Positions 22,838 to 33,097 of a stretch of 41,534 bases of DNA are shown here, in pieces (the stretch's first letter is position 1; each line of letters starts with the position of its first letter). The translations under genes and the position numbers were made by a program. Source of the stretch: Candidatus Rokuibacteriota bacterium. Its GTDB lineage: Bacteria; Methylomirabilota; Methylomirabilia; Rokubacteriales; CSP1-6. The stretch spans positions 1 through 41,534 of the forward strand of contig QHRS01000091.1 of NCBI GenBank assembly GCA_003221435.1, given 5' to 3'. The notes below the pieces were generated by a model. It saw only the letters and a program-made list of their open reading frames with translations. It was not told where the DNA came from and did no database searches.

Positions 22838-23528
22838 CGTCAGCTCTTCAGAACCGACAGGAACGCCTCCTGCGGCACCTCGACCTTGCCGACCTGTTTC
22901 ATCCGTTTCTTGCCTTCCTTCTGCTTCTCGAGCAGCTTGCGCTTGCGTGTGATGTCGCCGCCGTAACACTTGGCCGTGACGTTCTTCCCCATCGCCTTGA
23001 CGGTCTCCCGCGCGATGACGCGGCTGCCGATGGCGGCCTGAATGGCGACCTCGAACATCTGGCGCGGGATCACGCCGCGCAGCTTTTCGACGAGCGACTT
23101 GCCCTTCTCGTACGCCTTGTCGCGGTGGACGATCGTCGAGAGCGCGTCGACCGGATCGCCGTTCAGCAGCACGTCGAGCTTGACCAAGTCCGATTCGCGG
23201 AGATCCGCGAACTCGTAGTCGAACGACGCGTACCCCTTGGAGATCGACTTCAGCTTGTCGTAGAAGTCGATGACGATCTCCGAGAGCGGGAAATCGAACT
23301 GGATGCGGACCCGCTTGCCGAGGTACTCGAGCGACCGGTGCTCCCCGCGCTTCTCCTGCGCCAGCTTGTAGATCGCCGTCATGAACTCGGTCGGTACGAA
23401 GACGGAGCCGCGCACGTACGGCTCCTCGATGTGGTCGATCCGGTCCGGCGCGGGGAGCCTGGCGGGGTTGTCGACCTCGAGGCTCTCGCCCGCGCTGGTG
23501 ACGACCTTGAACCGCACGCTCGGCGCGG

Positions 23529-23728
23529 TCACGATCAAGGCGCACACGGTGCGTCTGCTCTACAAGGCCGGCGACGGACAGGAGTACACGCTGAACCTGA
23601 TCGACACGCCGGGCCACGTGGACTTCTGGTACGAGGTGTCGCGCTCGCTCGCCGCGTGCGAGGGCGCGCTGCTGATCGTCGACGCCGCGCAGGGCGTCGA
23701 GGCCCAGACGCTCGCGAACTTCTACCTG
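23529..23728 (+). repeat. Inverted duplicate of lepA codons for ITIKAHTV...ANFYL (ectopic arm)
   Basis: Exact reverse complement of 24211..24410, verified base by base. The plus-strand ORF 23381..23959 therefore encodes the same 66 residues as the minus-strand lepA. Confidence 0.95.
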
Positions 23729-24210
23729 CGGAGTTGCTCGGTGATCGTCTCGCCGACCTTGGCGTCGGCGATCCGCTTCATCGACGCCGTGATGAACCCG
23801 ACCTGGCCCGCCGACAGCTCCTCGACCGGCCGCATGTCCGGCGAGAAGACGCCGACCTGCTGCACCTCGTACGACTTGCCGTTGGACATGAGCAGGATGC
23901 GCATGCCGGGCCGCACCCGGCCGTCGAACAGCCGCACGTACACGACGACGCCCTGGTAGGAGTCGTAGAACGAATCGAACACGAGCGCCTTCAACGGCGC
24001 CGCCGGATCGCCGGCCGGCGGCGGAATCCGGTGGATGATCGCCTCGAGGACCTCGGGGACGCCGGTGCCGTGCTTGGCCGACATCGCGAGCGCCCCGTCG
24101 CCGTCGAGGCCGAGCACGTCCGCGATCTGCCGGCGCGTGCCCTCGACGTCGGCGGAGGGCAGGTCGATCTTGTTGATGACCGGCACGATCGTGAGGTTTG
24201 CATCCGCCGC

Positions 24211-24426
<216 letters not shown>

Positions 24427-24588
24427 AAGATCCATCGAGTCGAGCACCTGGTCGACGGCCTTCTTGGCGTCCATCGTGCCCGTCAGCGAGAGCAGCCGAT
24501 CGGCCAGCGTCGACTTGCCGTGATCGATGTGGGCGATGATGGAGAAATTCCGGATGCGAGCGAGCGTCATCCGGCTCAGGATAACACG

Positions 24589-25659
24589 TCAGCGACCGAG
24601 CCGCGTGTGGTCGGGGACGACCGCGCCGGCCTCGAGCACGACGCCGGGCGCCGCATCGACATGCGCGCCGATGACCGCGTGCGCGCCGACGATGCAGTCG
24701 CGGAGCACGGCGCCCTCGCCGACCTCGACGCGCTCCCAGAGGATCGCGCCCTCGATGCGCGCACCGCGGGCGATGCGGGCGCCGTCGCCGATCACCGTCA
24801 GCGGGCCCAGGCGCGCGCCGGCTTGTACGCGCACGTCGGTGCCGATCACCGCCGGCCCGCGGAGCACGGCGCCGGCGTCGATCCGCGCGCCCGCGCCGAT
24901 CCAGCACCCGTCGCGGAGCGTGCCGGCGGGCGTGACCTGGGTGGCGACGCGCCCGCGGAGCAGGTCGAGCTGCGCCTCGCGGTACGCGCTCGGGCTGCCG
25001 ATGTCACGCCAGTAGCCGCCCAGCGGAACACCGAAGCACGGCACGCCATCCGCCAGGAGCGCGGGGAAGAACTCCCGCTCGATCGACACCGGCCGGTCGG
25101 CCGGAATGCGGCGGAGCAGCTCGGCTTCGATGACGTAGACCCCGGCGTTGACCATGTTCGTGGTGATCTCGTGCGGTTTCGGTTTCTCGAGGAAGCGGCG
25201 GATCGCGCCGCGCGCGTCGGCCTCGACGAGGCCGTACTGGGTGGGATCGTCGACCGGCGTGAGGCCGATCGTCGTGCGGGATCCCCGCGTCTCGTGGAAG
25301 CGCAACACGGCCCCGACATCGGCGTCGGTCAGGACGTCACCGTTGAGGACGACCAGGCGGCCGCTCGCGAGGTCGGCGGCGTTGCGGACGCCGCCCGCCG
25401 TGCCGAGCGGCTCGGACTCGGCGACGTAGCGCAGCCTCACGCCGGCATCGGCGCCGCTTCCGAGCGCGGCGCGGATGTCGTCCACCCGATGGGAACAGGA
25501 CAGGATGATGTCCGTGACGCCGTGCTGCCGCAACAGCGCGAGCTGGTAGTGCAGGAACGGCCGGTTCAGCAGCGGGACGATGGGCTTGGGACGCGCGTGG
25601 GTCAGCGGGCGCAAGCGCGTCCCCTGGCCGCCCACCAGGATTACGGCTTGGGCATCCAC
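24589..25659 (-). CDS. NDP-sugar pyrophosphorylase (mannose-1-phosphate guanylyltransferase-like) with a C-terminal left-handed beta-helix
   Basis: MDAQAVILVGGQGTRLRPLTHARPKPIVPL...EPLGTAGG...EKP. Hexapeptide repeats occur in the last 120 aa or so. Confidence 0.85.
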   Translation of the reverse strand: MDAQAVILVGGQGTRLRPLTHARPKPIVPLLNRPFLHYQLALLRQHGVTDIILSCSHRVDDIRAALGSGADAGVRLRYVAESEPLGTAGGVRNAADLASGRLVVLNGDVLTDADVGAVLRFHETRGSRTTIGLTPVDDPTQYGLVEADARGAIRRFLEKPKPHEITTNMVNAGVYVIEAELLRRIPADRPVSIEREFFPALLADGVPCFGVPLGGYWRDIGSPSAYREAQLDLLRGRVATQVTPAGTLRDGCWIGAGARIDAGAVLRGPAVIGTDVRVQAGARLGPLTVIGDGARIARGARIEGAILWERVEVGEGAVLRDCIVGAHAVIGAHVDAAPGVVLEAGAVVPDHTRLGR

Positions 25660-25811
25660 GGGTCCGCTTCGTTGATCAGCATGACGGGGATCCCATCACG
25701 AATCGGATACGCCTTCTTGCACGCCGGGCAGATGATGCGGGTCTCCTCGAATACGAGAGAGCCTTTGCAGGCCGGGCACGCGAGAATGGCCTTCAGCTCC
25801 TCGTCGATCAT
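25641..25811 (-). CDS. Trm112/YcaR (UPF0434) family small zinc-ribbon protein
   Basis: MIDEELKAILACPACKGSLVFEETRIICPACKKAYPIRDGIPVMLINEADPWMPKP. AAGGAGG lies upstream. Confidence 0.8.
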   Translation of the reverse strand: MIDEELKAILACPACKGSLVFEETRIICPACKKAYPIRDGIPVMLINEADPWMPKP

Positions 25812-25857
25812 TGCGCCACCCCTCCTTTCATGCCGGTCTTCCACGCGGGCCGGCGGA

Positions 25858-26760
25858 TCAGGATTCAGCAATTCGGCTCGGGCTCCGAGTCGTCGCTGGC
25901 GTCCATGCCAGGAGCCGCTTCGCGCGCGACGCGTCGAGCACGCTCCGGCGCTGCTCCCCCCGCTTTGCCGCGCCGTGCCGCGCGGGAGCATCGACGCCTG
26001 AGGCGGCGGTCAGGCGGTGGTAGAGATCGTTGACCGAAGTCTCGACGCCCGTACCGATGTTGACCGCGCCCGTGGCCCGGGATCTGTTCACCGCCTGCAC
26101 GGTCGCGTGCGCGACGTCCTCGACGTAGACGTAGTCGCGCGTCTGCTCGCCGTCCCCGTTGACGATGCACGGCTGTCCCGAGAGCAGCCGCGCCGAGAAA
26201 ATCGCGACCACCCCCGCCTCGCCGAGGGGGTTCTGCCGGGGCCCGTACACGTTGGCGTATCGAAGCGCGACCGCGGCGGCCCCGGTCAGCTCCGTCCACG
26301 CCGCGATGTAGCGTTCGGCCGCGAGTTTCGCGACACCGTAGGGCGAGGCGGGGCGTTCCGGCTGCGTCTCGGGCGTCGGAATCGTGTCGCAGTCGCCATA
26401 GATCGCGCCGCCGCTCGAGGCGAAGATGAGCCGTTCGACGCCCGCTCGGCGGCAACACTCGAGCAGGTTGAGCGTCCCCAGGACGTTGACGCTCGCGTCG
26501 AAGATCGGGTCGGCGACCGACCGGCGGACGTCCATCTGCGCGGCCAGGTGGACGACCACCTCCGGCCGGGCCTCGCCGAAGACCGCCGCCAGGCGCGCGC
26601 TCCGGATGTCCGTCACGTGGAGCCGTGCCGCCGGATTGGCGTGCGCCGGCCGGCCGGTGCTGAGGTTGTCGACGATGTCGACCTCGTGCGCGCCGGCGAG
26701 CAGGCGATCGACGACGTGAGAGCCGATGAACCCGGCGCCGCCCGTGACGAGCGCCTTCAC
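25858..26760 (-). CDS. NAD-dependent epimerase/dehydratase (UDP-glucose 4-epimerase-like SDR)
   Basis: MKALVTGGAGFIGSH...ASPYGVAKLAAE (YxxxK). 300 aa. Confidence 0.85.
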   Translation of the reverse strand: MKALVTGGAGFIGSHVVDRLLAGAHEVDIVDNLSTGRPAHANPAARLHVTDIRSARLAAVFGEARPEVVVHLAAQMDVRRSVADPIFDASVNVLGTLNLLECCRRAGVERLIFASSGGAIYGDCDTIPTPETQPERPASPYGVAKLAAERYIAAWTELTGAAAVALRYANVYGPRQNPLGEAGVVAIFSARLLSGQPCIVNGDGEQTRDYVYVEDVAHATVQAVNRSRATGAVNIGTGVETSVNDLYHRLTAASGVDAPARHGAAKRGEQRRSVLDASRAKRLLAWTPATTRSPSRIAES

Positions 26761-26797
26761 GAGTCCTCGGAGGGGGGCTCCGCCCGCGCGGAGTGCC

Positions 26798-27736
26798 TCA
26801 TGCGCGGGCGAGACGGGCGCGGAACCAGGCGAGTGTCCGCCGCAGCCCTTCGTCGACGTCGATCCGTGGCTCCCAGCCGAGCAGCGTCCGCGCCCGCGTG
26901 ATGTCGGGCTGCCGGACCTTGGGGTCGTCCTCGGGAAGCGGCTCGAACACGATCTCGCTCGACGAGGCGCTCAACCTCAAGATCTTCTTCGCCAGCTCGA
27001 GGAGCGTCATCTCCTGCGGGTTGCCGATGTTCACCGGCTCGGTGACCCGGGACTGCATGAGCCGCCAGATCCCCTCCACCAGGTCCGAGATGTACTGGAA
27101 CGACCGCGTCTGCGAACCGTCTCCGTACACCGTGAGCGGCCTGCCGGTCAGCGCCTGGGTGATGAATGCGGGAATCGCGCGGCCGTCCTGGAGCCGCATG
27201 CGTTCGCCGTACGTGTTGAAGATCCGCGCGATGCGGGTCTCGACACGGTGAAACCGGTGATACGCCATCGTCATCGCCTCGCCGAAGCGCTTGGCCTCGT
27301 CGTAGACGCCCCGGGGGCCGATCGGATTGACGTTTCCCCAGTACTCCTCGCGCTGCGGATGGACCTCCGGGTCGCCGTACACCTCGGAGGTCGACGCGAG
27401 CAGGAAGGTCGCGCCCTTCGCCTTGGCGAGCCCGAGAGCCTTGTGCGTGCCGAGCGCCCCGACCTTGAGCGTCTGGATCGGCATCTCGAGGTAGTCGCGC
27501 GGCGACGCGGGGCTGGCGAAGTGCAGGACGTACTCGAGCGGCCCCTCGACCCTGATGTATTCGGTCACGTCGTGCCGCACGAACGAGAACCCCGGCGCGG
27601 CCGAGAATCCGGCAATGTTGTCCATCGCGCCGGTCAGAAGGTTGTCCATGCACACGACCTCGTGCCCCCGCGCGAGCAGGAACTCACACAGGTGCGAGCC
27701 GATGAAGCCGGTTCCGCCGGTGACGAGGCTGCGCAT
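26798..27736 (-). CDS. UDP-glucuronate decarboxylase (UDP-xylose synthase)
   Basis: [18 protein letters not shown]...[36 protein letters not shown]...[17 protein letters not shown]. 312 aa. Confidence 0.88.
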   Translation of the reverse strand: MRSLVTGGTGFIGSHLCEFLLARGHEVVCMDNLLTGAMDNIAGFSAAPGFSFVRHDVTEYIRVEGPLEYVLHFASPASPRDYLEMPIQTLKVGALGTHKALGLAKAKGATFLLASTSEVYGDPEVHPQREEYWGNVNPIGPRGVYDEAKRFGEAMTMAYHRFHRVETRIARIFNTYGERMRLQDGRAIPAFITQALTGRPLTVYGDGSQTRSFQYISDLVEGIWRLMQSRVTEPVNIGNPQEMTLLELAKKILRLSASSSEIVFEPLPEDDPKVRQPDITRARTLLGWEPRIDVDEGLRRTLAWFRARLARA

Positions 27737-27745
27737 CCGGGGGTG

Positions 27746-29056
27746 CTACTGAGAGATCACGGGCTTGCGGCCGATCGAGTGGTACTCGAACCCGAGACGC
27801 CGCATGCGCTCCGGCTCCCAGAGATTGCGTCCGTCGAAGACGACGGGCCGGCGCATCACGGAGCGCAGGCGCTCCAGGTTGATGAACTTGAACTCGTTCC
27901 ATTCGGTGACGAGCGCGACCGCGTCCGCGCCTTCGGCCGCCTCGTACGTGGAAGCGCAGTACCGGACCGACGGCGGCAGGACGGCGCGGGCGTTGTCGGT
28001 CGCGACCGGGTCGTAGGCGCGCACGCTGGCGCCCGCCGCGAGCAGCAGCCCGACCACTTCCACGCTCCGGGCGTCGCGCATGTCGTCGGTGTTCGGCTTG
28101 AAGGCGAGCCCGAGGACGCCGATCACCTTGTCGTCGAGGGGTGCGAGCACTTTCCGGATGTTGTCGACGAAGTGCGTCGTCCGCTCGCGATTCACCTCGA
28201 CCATCGCCCGCAGGAACTTGAAGTCGCAGCCGAGGCTCGCCGCGGTGTGGATCAACGACTCCGCGTCCTTCGGGAAGCACGACCCTCCGTAGCCCAGGCC
28301 CGGCTGCAGGAACGCCGGGCCGATCCGGGCGTCGAGGCCCATGCCCTTCATCACCTGCGTCACGTCGGCGCCCGCGAGCTCGCAGATGTTCGCGATCGCG
28401 TTGATGAAGGAGATCTTGGACGCGAGGAACGCGTTCGAGGCGTACTTGATCATCTCGGCCGAGGGGACGTCGGTGATGATCATCGGCCGCTCGAGCGGCG
28501 CGTACAGCTCGAGCAGCGTCATCGCGACCTGCTGGGTCCGCGCGCCGATGACGATGCGGTCCGGGCGCAGCGTGTCCTCGATCGCCGAGCCCTCTCGGAG
28601 GAATTCCGGGTTCGACACGACGTCGAACGGCACGGGCTTCGACTGATGCCGCGAGATCACGTCACGCACGAACTCGCCAGTGCCGACGGGCACCGTCGAC
28701 TTGTTGACGATTACCGTGTACCGCTCCATCGCTCGCCCGATGCCTCGGGCAACGGCCTCGACCGCGCTGAGGTCGGTCTCGCCGTCCAGCTTGGACGGGG
28801 TGCCAACCGCGATGAAGACGATTTCGGACCGCCGAACGGCGTCCGCGATGTCCATCGTGAACGACAGCCGGCCGTCGGCGGTGTTGCGAGCGACCATCTC
28901 CTCGAGCCCGGGCTCGTAGATGGGCATGCGGCCGGCCTGGAGGGCGGCGATCTTCTCGGTGTCCGTGTCAACGCAGATCACGTCGTTGCCGAGGTCGGCA
29001 AACACCGCGCCGGTGACCAGGCCGACGTATCCGGTTCCGACGACGCAGATGTTCAT
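27746..29056 (-). CDS. ugd: UDP-glucose 6-dehydrogenase
   Basis: [26 protein letters not shown]...GGSCFPKD...[11 protein letters not shown]. 436 aa. Confidence 0.93.
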   Translation of the reverse strand: MNICVVGTGYVGLVTGAVFADLGNDVICVDTDTEKIAALQAGRMPIYEPGLEEMVARNTADGRLSFTMDIADAVRRSEIVFIAVGTPSKLDGETDLSAVEAVARGIGRAMERYTVIVNKSTVPVGTGEFVRDVISRHQSKPVPFDVVSNPEFLREGSAIEDTLRPDRIVIGARTQQVAMTLLELYAPLERPMIITDVPSAEMIKYASNAFLASKISFINAIANICELAGADVTQVMKGMGLDARIGPAFLQPGLGYGGSCFPKDAESLIHTAASLGCDFKFLRAMVEVNRERTTHFVDNIRKVLAPLDDKVIGVLGLAFKPNTDDMRDARSVEVVGLLLAAGASVRAYDPVATDNARAVLPPSVRYCASTYEAAEGADAVALVTEWNEFKFINLERLRSVMRRPVVFDGRNLWEPERMRRLGFEYHSIGRKPVISQ

Positions 29057-29103
29057 GCGGGCAGTTGCTCAAAACTATAACAAAGTTGGTCCCCGCGCGG
29101 GAT

Positions 29104-29117
29104 GCGCAAATTTGCGC
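29104..29117. promoter_or_regulatory. Perfect 14-bp palindrome GCGCAAATTTGCGC in the ugd/acyl-CoA dehydrogenase divergent spacer
   Basis: Read directly. It lies about 50 nt upstream of the ugd ATG, next to an extended -10-like TGtTATAGT (minus strand, 29082..29074). Function unknown. Confidence 0.35.
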
Positions 29118-29385
29118 GCGCCGGCGATCGTCCTCGCATCATTCATCCCCGGCGGCAGCCCAGCGGAGGAAGACCCCCGTGTGCGAAATCAGACCTCGCC
29201 ACCGCGGTGCTCATGGGCTTGTCCCACATGGCTCCGGAGGATATTCAACAACCAGCCGAGCCGCAAGCGTGAACGGCCGGCGACGTCCCCGCCGACGCCG
29301 CCACGGCGATCGCCTCCGCGCGCAGGGTGGCCGAAGGCGAGCCCGTGACGACGCTCGAGCCGACGATCGATGTTCTGACCCCGCC

Positions 29386-29415
29386 TTGACTTCCCCTGAA
29401 AGCGGCCCATAGAAT
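29386..29415 (+). promoter_or_regulatory. Sigma70-type promoter (TTGACT-18 nt-TAGAAT) for the acyl-CoA dehydrogenase cluster
   Basis: TTGACT at 29386..29391 and TAGAAT at 29410..29415, about 50 nt upstream of the ATG at 29466. AGGAGG SD at 29456..29461. Confidence 0.5.
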
Positions 29416-29418
29416 GGC

Positions 29419-29436
29419 GCTGAACCGTCGTTCAGC
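29419..29436 (+). promoter_or_regulatory. Operator-like inverted repeat GCTGAAC-cgtc-GTTCAGC immediately downstream of the -10
   Basis: Perfect 7-bp arms with a 4-nt centre. The position (about +1 to +20) is typical of a repressor operator. No regulator gene is adjacent. Confidence 0.35.
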
Positions 29437-29465
29437 CCTCGAGCGTCGTCCGATCAGGAGGGACC

Positions 29466-30662
29466 ATGGATCTCACGCTGACTCCGGAACAGCAGTCATT
29501 CCGGGACGAAGTTCGAGCGTGGCTCGAGGCGAACATGCCCCGCGACTTCGCGGCACGCGTGATGGCCTCGTCGGACATCCCGCGCCCCGAAGCGTACGAC
29601 CTGCTGCGCGAGTGGCAGAAGCAGCTCCACCGGGCCGGGTTCATCGGTCTCACGTGGCCTAAGGAGTACGGCGGGCGGGGGCTGACGTTCGTGGAGGAGA
29701 TGATTCTCCACGCGGAGATGGCGCTCGCGAAGGCGCCGCCCGTCCTGAACATCCTCGGCGTCGGCATGGCCGGACCGACGATCATCGCCTACGGCACCGA
29801 GGAGCAGAAACGCCGCTACCCGCCGAAGATCCTCTCCTGCGAGGAGATCTGGTGCCAGGGCTACTCCGAGCCGAACGCAGGCTCCGATCTGGCCGCGCTG
29901 CAGACCCGCGCCGTCCGGGACGGCGAGTCCTACGTCATCAACGGACAGAAGGTCTGGACTTCGCTCGCCCACGTCGCGGACTGGATGATGCTGCTCGCGC
30001 GTACCGACCCCGACGCGCCCAAGCACAAGGGCATCACGTACTTCCTGCTCGACATGCATCTGCCCGGCGTCACGGTCAAGCCACTCAGGCAGATTACCGG
30101 CGACGAGGAGTTCAACGAGGTGTTCTTCGACAACGTCCGCGTCCACGAGTCGCACGTGCTCGGGGGCGTCAACAATGGCTGGGCGGTCGGCATGACGACG
30201 CTCATGTACGAGCGGCTGGCGCTCGGCTTCGGGCTGCAGGTCAGGCTGCGGATCGCGCTCGACGGCCTGATCGAGATGGCGCGGCGGGTCGAGAAGGGCG
30301 GCGCCCGGATCACGAAGGATCCGGTCATGCGCCAGAGGATCGCGCAGCTCTGGATCGATACGGAGTGCCTGAAGTACACCGGCGCCCGCGCGATCACGAG
30401 GCTCCTCAAGGGCGAGATGCCGGGGCCCGAAGCGTCGACCGGCAAGATGGGCTGGGTCGATACGCACCAGCGACTGCAGGAGCTGGCGACGGAGATCCAG
30501 GGGCCGTACTCGCAGCTCATGAAGGGCACCCAGTGGGCCGTCGAGGGCGGCCTCTGGCAGTACACCTTCCTCCGCTCGCGAGCCAACTCGATCGAGGGCG
30601 GCACCACGGAGATCCAGAAGAACATCATCGGCGAGCGCGTGCTCGGCCTCCCCAAAGGTTAA
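29466..30662 (+). CDS. Acyl-CoA dehydrogenase (catalytic-type subunit)
   Basis: 398-aa ORF: ...WCQGYSEPNAGSDLAAL...; the C-terminal ...SIEGGTTEIQKNIIGE retains the catalytic Glu context. Confidence 0.9.
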   Translation: MDLTLTPEQQSFRDEVRAWLEANMPRDFAARVMASSDIPRPEAYDLLREWQKQLHRAGFIGLTWPKEYGGRGLTFVEEMILHAEMALAKAPPVLNILGVGMAGPTIIAYGTEEQKRRYPPKILSCEEIWCQGYSEPNAGSDLAALQTRAVRDGESYVINGQKVWTSLAHVADWMMLLARTDPDAPKHKGITYFLLDMHLPGVTVKPLRQITGDEEFNEVFFDNVRVHESHVLGGVNNGWAVGMTTLMYERLALGFGLQVRLRIALDGLIEMARRVEKGGARITKDPVMRQRIAQLWIDTECLKYTGARAITRLLKGEMPGPEASTGKMGWVDTHQRLQELATEIQGPYSQLMKGTQWAVEGGLWQYTFLRSRANSIEGGTTEIQKNIIGERVLGLPKG

Positions 30663-30676
30663 GGCGCGAGGTTCAC

Positions 30677-31816
30677 ATGGACTTTGGATTCAGCGAAGAG
30701 CAGGAGCTGCTGCGCTCGACGGCGCGCAAGTTCTTCGAGAAGGAGTGCACGTCCGAGTTCGTCCGCAAGATGATGGCGACCCCGGAAGGCACGACGCCCG
30801 AGTTCTGGGCCAAGCTCGCCGAGCAGGGCTGGCTCGGGCTGATCTTCCCCGAGGTGTACGGCGGCGCCGGCCTCGGCTTCGTCGACCTCGTCGTGCTCAT
30901 GGAGGAGATGGGGCGGGCGGTGATGCCCGGCCCCTACTTCTCGACCGTGCACCTCGGCGGGCTGACCATTCTCGAGGCGGGCAGCGACGCGCAGAAGAAA
31001 CGGTGGCTCCCGAAGCTCTCGGCGGGCGAGGCCCGCGTGACCCTGGCCTGGACCGAGCCCAACGCACGCTGGGACGCGCAGGGCGTGACGGTGGCCGCGA
31101 CCGAAGCGGGCGGCGGCTTCACGCTGTCCGGCACGAAGCTCTTCGTTCCCGACGCGCACATCGCCGACGCGCTCGTCGTCGTGGCCCGGACCGCGGCGGG
31201 CGGGAACCCCCAAGAGGGCGTGAGCCTCTTCCTCGTGCCGAAGACCGCGCCGGGGCTCGAGGTGACGCTGCTCCCCACGATGGACCAGACCCGCAAGCTT
31301 TGCGAGGTGAAGCTTGGCCGCGTCGCGGTTCCGGCGGACGCGCTGCTCGGCGAGAAGGGCAAGGGCTGGCAGCCGCTCACGCGCGTGGTGGAGCGCGCGA
31401 CCGTCGCGTTGTGCGCGGAGATGTGTGGCGGCGCGCAGCGGGTCCTCGACATGACGACCGAGTACGCGAAGATCCGCGTGGCGTTCGGCAAGCCCATCGG
31501 CGCTTACCAGGGGGTCAAGCACAAGGCCGCGGACATGCTCGTCGAGGTCGAGAACGCGAAGTCGATCACCTACTACGCGGCCTGGGCCGTGGACGAGAGC
31601 GCGCCGGAGGCCGCGCGGGCCGCCTCGATGGCCAAGGCGTACGTCAGCGACGCGTCCCGGCGGGTGTCAGCGGCGGGGATCCAGCTCCACGGCGGGATCG
31701 GGTTCACCTGGGAGCACGACCTGCACCTGTACTTCAAGCGCGCAAAAGGCTCGGAGTTCACGTTCGGCGACGCCACGTACCATCGCGAGCGCGTCGCCCA
31801 ATTGATTAATCTGTAA
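30677..31816 (+). CDS. Acyl-CoA dehydrogenase family protein (apparently lacks the catalytic Glu)
   Basis: MDFGFSEEQELLRSTARKFFEKE... 379 aa from the internal ATG of ORF 29852..31816. The equivalent C-terminal position reads ...EFTFGDATYHRERVA, with no Glu. Confidence 0.88.
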   Translation: MDFGFSEEQELLRSTARKFFEKECTSEFVRKMMATPEGTTPEFWAKLAEQGWLGLIFPEVYGGAGLGFVDLVVLMEEMGRAVMPGPYFSTVHLGGLTILEAGSDAQKKRWLPKLSAGEARVTLAWTEPNARWDAQGVTVAATEAGGGFTLSGTKLFVPDAHIADALVVVARTAAGGNPQEGVSLFLVPKTAPGLEVTLLPTMDQTRKLCEVKLGRVAVPADALLGEKGKGWQPLTRVVERATVALCAEMCGGAQRVLDMTTEYAKIRVAFGKPIGAYQGVKHKAADMLVEVENAKSITYYAAWAVDESAPEAARAASMAKAYVSDASRRVSAAGIQLHGGIGFTWEHDLHLYFKRAKGSEFTFGDATYHRERVAQLINL

Positions 31817-31837
31817 GCGCGTCCTATCATTTGCGGC

Positions 31838-33097
31838 ATGAAGCGACTCCTCCGTCGCCTCGCGAGCCGCGCCTCCGAGTCCGCCGGCCTGCCTCCGCTG
31901 ATGCTGAGCGGACACGAAGAGATCCCCCTGATCGTCAATCGGCTCACCGCCCTCAAGGCGGAGATGGACCGCTCCTTCTACGAGCTGCGCGGCTGGTCGC
32001 GGGCGCTCGGGCAGCGCCTCGGCCCACTCCGGGACGAGCTGGCGCGGAGTCGCAACCTCTTCACGCTCGGCGACACGATCGGCGGCCTCGCGCACAACTT
32101 CAACAACTCGCTCGCGGCGATCCTCGGCTATACCGAGCTGCTGCTGCAAGAAACCGGCGACGAGACGGCGCGCCGCCGCCTGGCGGTGATCCGGCAGGTC
32201 GCGCTCGAGGCGGGCGCCACGGTCCGCCAGCTCCAGGAATTCATCGCGCAACAGCCGCAGGTTGCCTTCGGCCCCGTCGCGCTCCAGCCGCTCATCGCTG
32301 ACGCGCTCGCGCTGACCGAGCCGCGGTGGCGCGACGACGCGGAGCGCCGGGGCATCACGATCGCCGTCATCCGCGACGTCGAGTCAGCGCCCCCGGTGGA
32401 GGGCAACTCCGTCGAGCTGCGCGACGTGTTCGTCCAGCTCATCATGAGCGCGGTGACCGCGATGCCGCGCGGCGGCGCGCTCACGATCCGCGCGTGGGGC
32501 GAAGAGTCGGGTTGGGTCTTCGCCGAAGTCAGCGACACCGGAGGCGGGGCGCGCGAGCTCCTGCATCTCTCGCCGATCATCGAGCGGCACGGCGGGTCGA
32601 TCACCGTCACGCGGGATGGCGCGACCCGCACGACCGTGCACCTGCGCCTGCTCGGCAGCCGCTACCAGATCATTCCGGCGGCCAGCGAGCCCCCGCCGCT
32701 TCAGGCCGGCCAGGCGCGGCGCGTCCTTCTCGTCGAGGACGATCCGAGACTGCTGCGCGCCCTCGCCGACCTGCTCCAGCGGCACGGCCACGTGGTGGTG
32801 AGCGCGGCGTCCGGCACCGAGGCGCTTGCCGTGTTCGACCCGGCGCGAGTCGACCTCGTCGTGACTGATCTCGGCATGCCCGGCATGACCGGCTGGGAGG
32901 TCGCCGCCGAGGTCAAGACGCGCGCGCCGCAGATGCCGGTGTTCCTGCTGACGGGGTGGGGAGAGACGGTCGCCGCCGACGAGCGGAGCCGGTTCGTCGA
33001 CCGCGTCATCGCCAAGCCCGTGAGCGCCGACGCGCTGCTCGGCTCGCTCGCGCAGGTCGCCCGCTCGGCGCCCGTTGCCCTGCGTGCTCAAACATAG
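31838..33097 (+). CDS. Cytoplasmic hybrid histidine kinase / response regulator with a shortened ATP-lid region
   Basis: H-box GGLAHNFNNSLAAILGYTELL, N-box VQLIMSAVTAM, G1 SDTGGG, then directly ARELLHLSPIIERHGG. Receiver domain: VLLVEDDP...LVVTDLGMPGMTG...IAKP. Confidence 0.85.
   Translation: MKRLLRRLASRASESAGLPPLMLSGHEEIPLIVNRLTALKAEMDRSFYELRGWSRALGQRLGPLRDELARSRNLFTLGDTIGGLAHNFNNSLAAILGYTELLLQETGDETARRRLAVIRQVALEAGATVRQLQEFIAQQPQVAFGPVALQPLIADALALTEPRWRDDAERRGITIAVIRDVESAPPVEGNSVELRDVFVQLIMSAVTAMPRGGALTIRAWGEESGWVFAEVSDTGGGARELLHLSPIIERHGGSITVTRDGATRTTVHLRLLGSRYQIIPAASEPPPLQAGQARRVLLVEDDPRLLRALADLLQRHGHVVVSAASGTEALAVFDPARVDLVVTDLGMPGMTGWEVAAEVKTRAPQMPVFLLTGWGETVAADERSRFVDRVIAKPVSADALLGSLAQVARSAPVALRAQT

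Noticed and set aside
25858-25930. A suspected frameshift at the 3' end of the epimerase gene. The C-terminus …LLAWTPATTRSPSRIAES looks atypical compared with the usual LGWxPxxxLxEGL.
   Set aside because: Neither alternative frame gives a more family-like C-terminus, and the protein length (300 aa) is acceptable. The evidence is insufficient.
29102-29272. A 56-codon ORF (MRKFARAGDRPRIIHPRRQ…APEDIQQPAEPQA), and a search for SRP RNA, RNase P or 6S-like motifs in the ugd-ACAD spacer.
   Set aside because: There is no SD, no recognisable family and only partial GC3 bias. I could not find conserved SRP or RNase P core motifs. I cannot support any ncRNA or CDS call from sequence alone.
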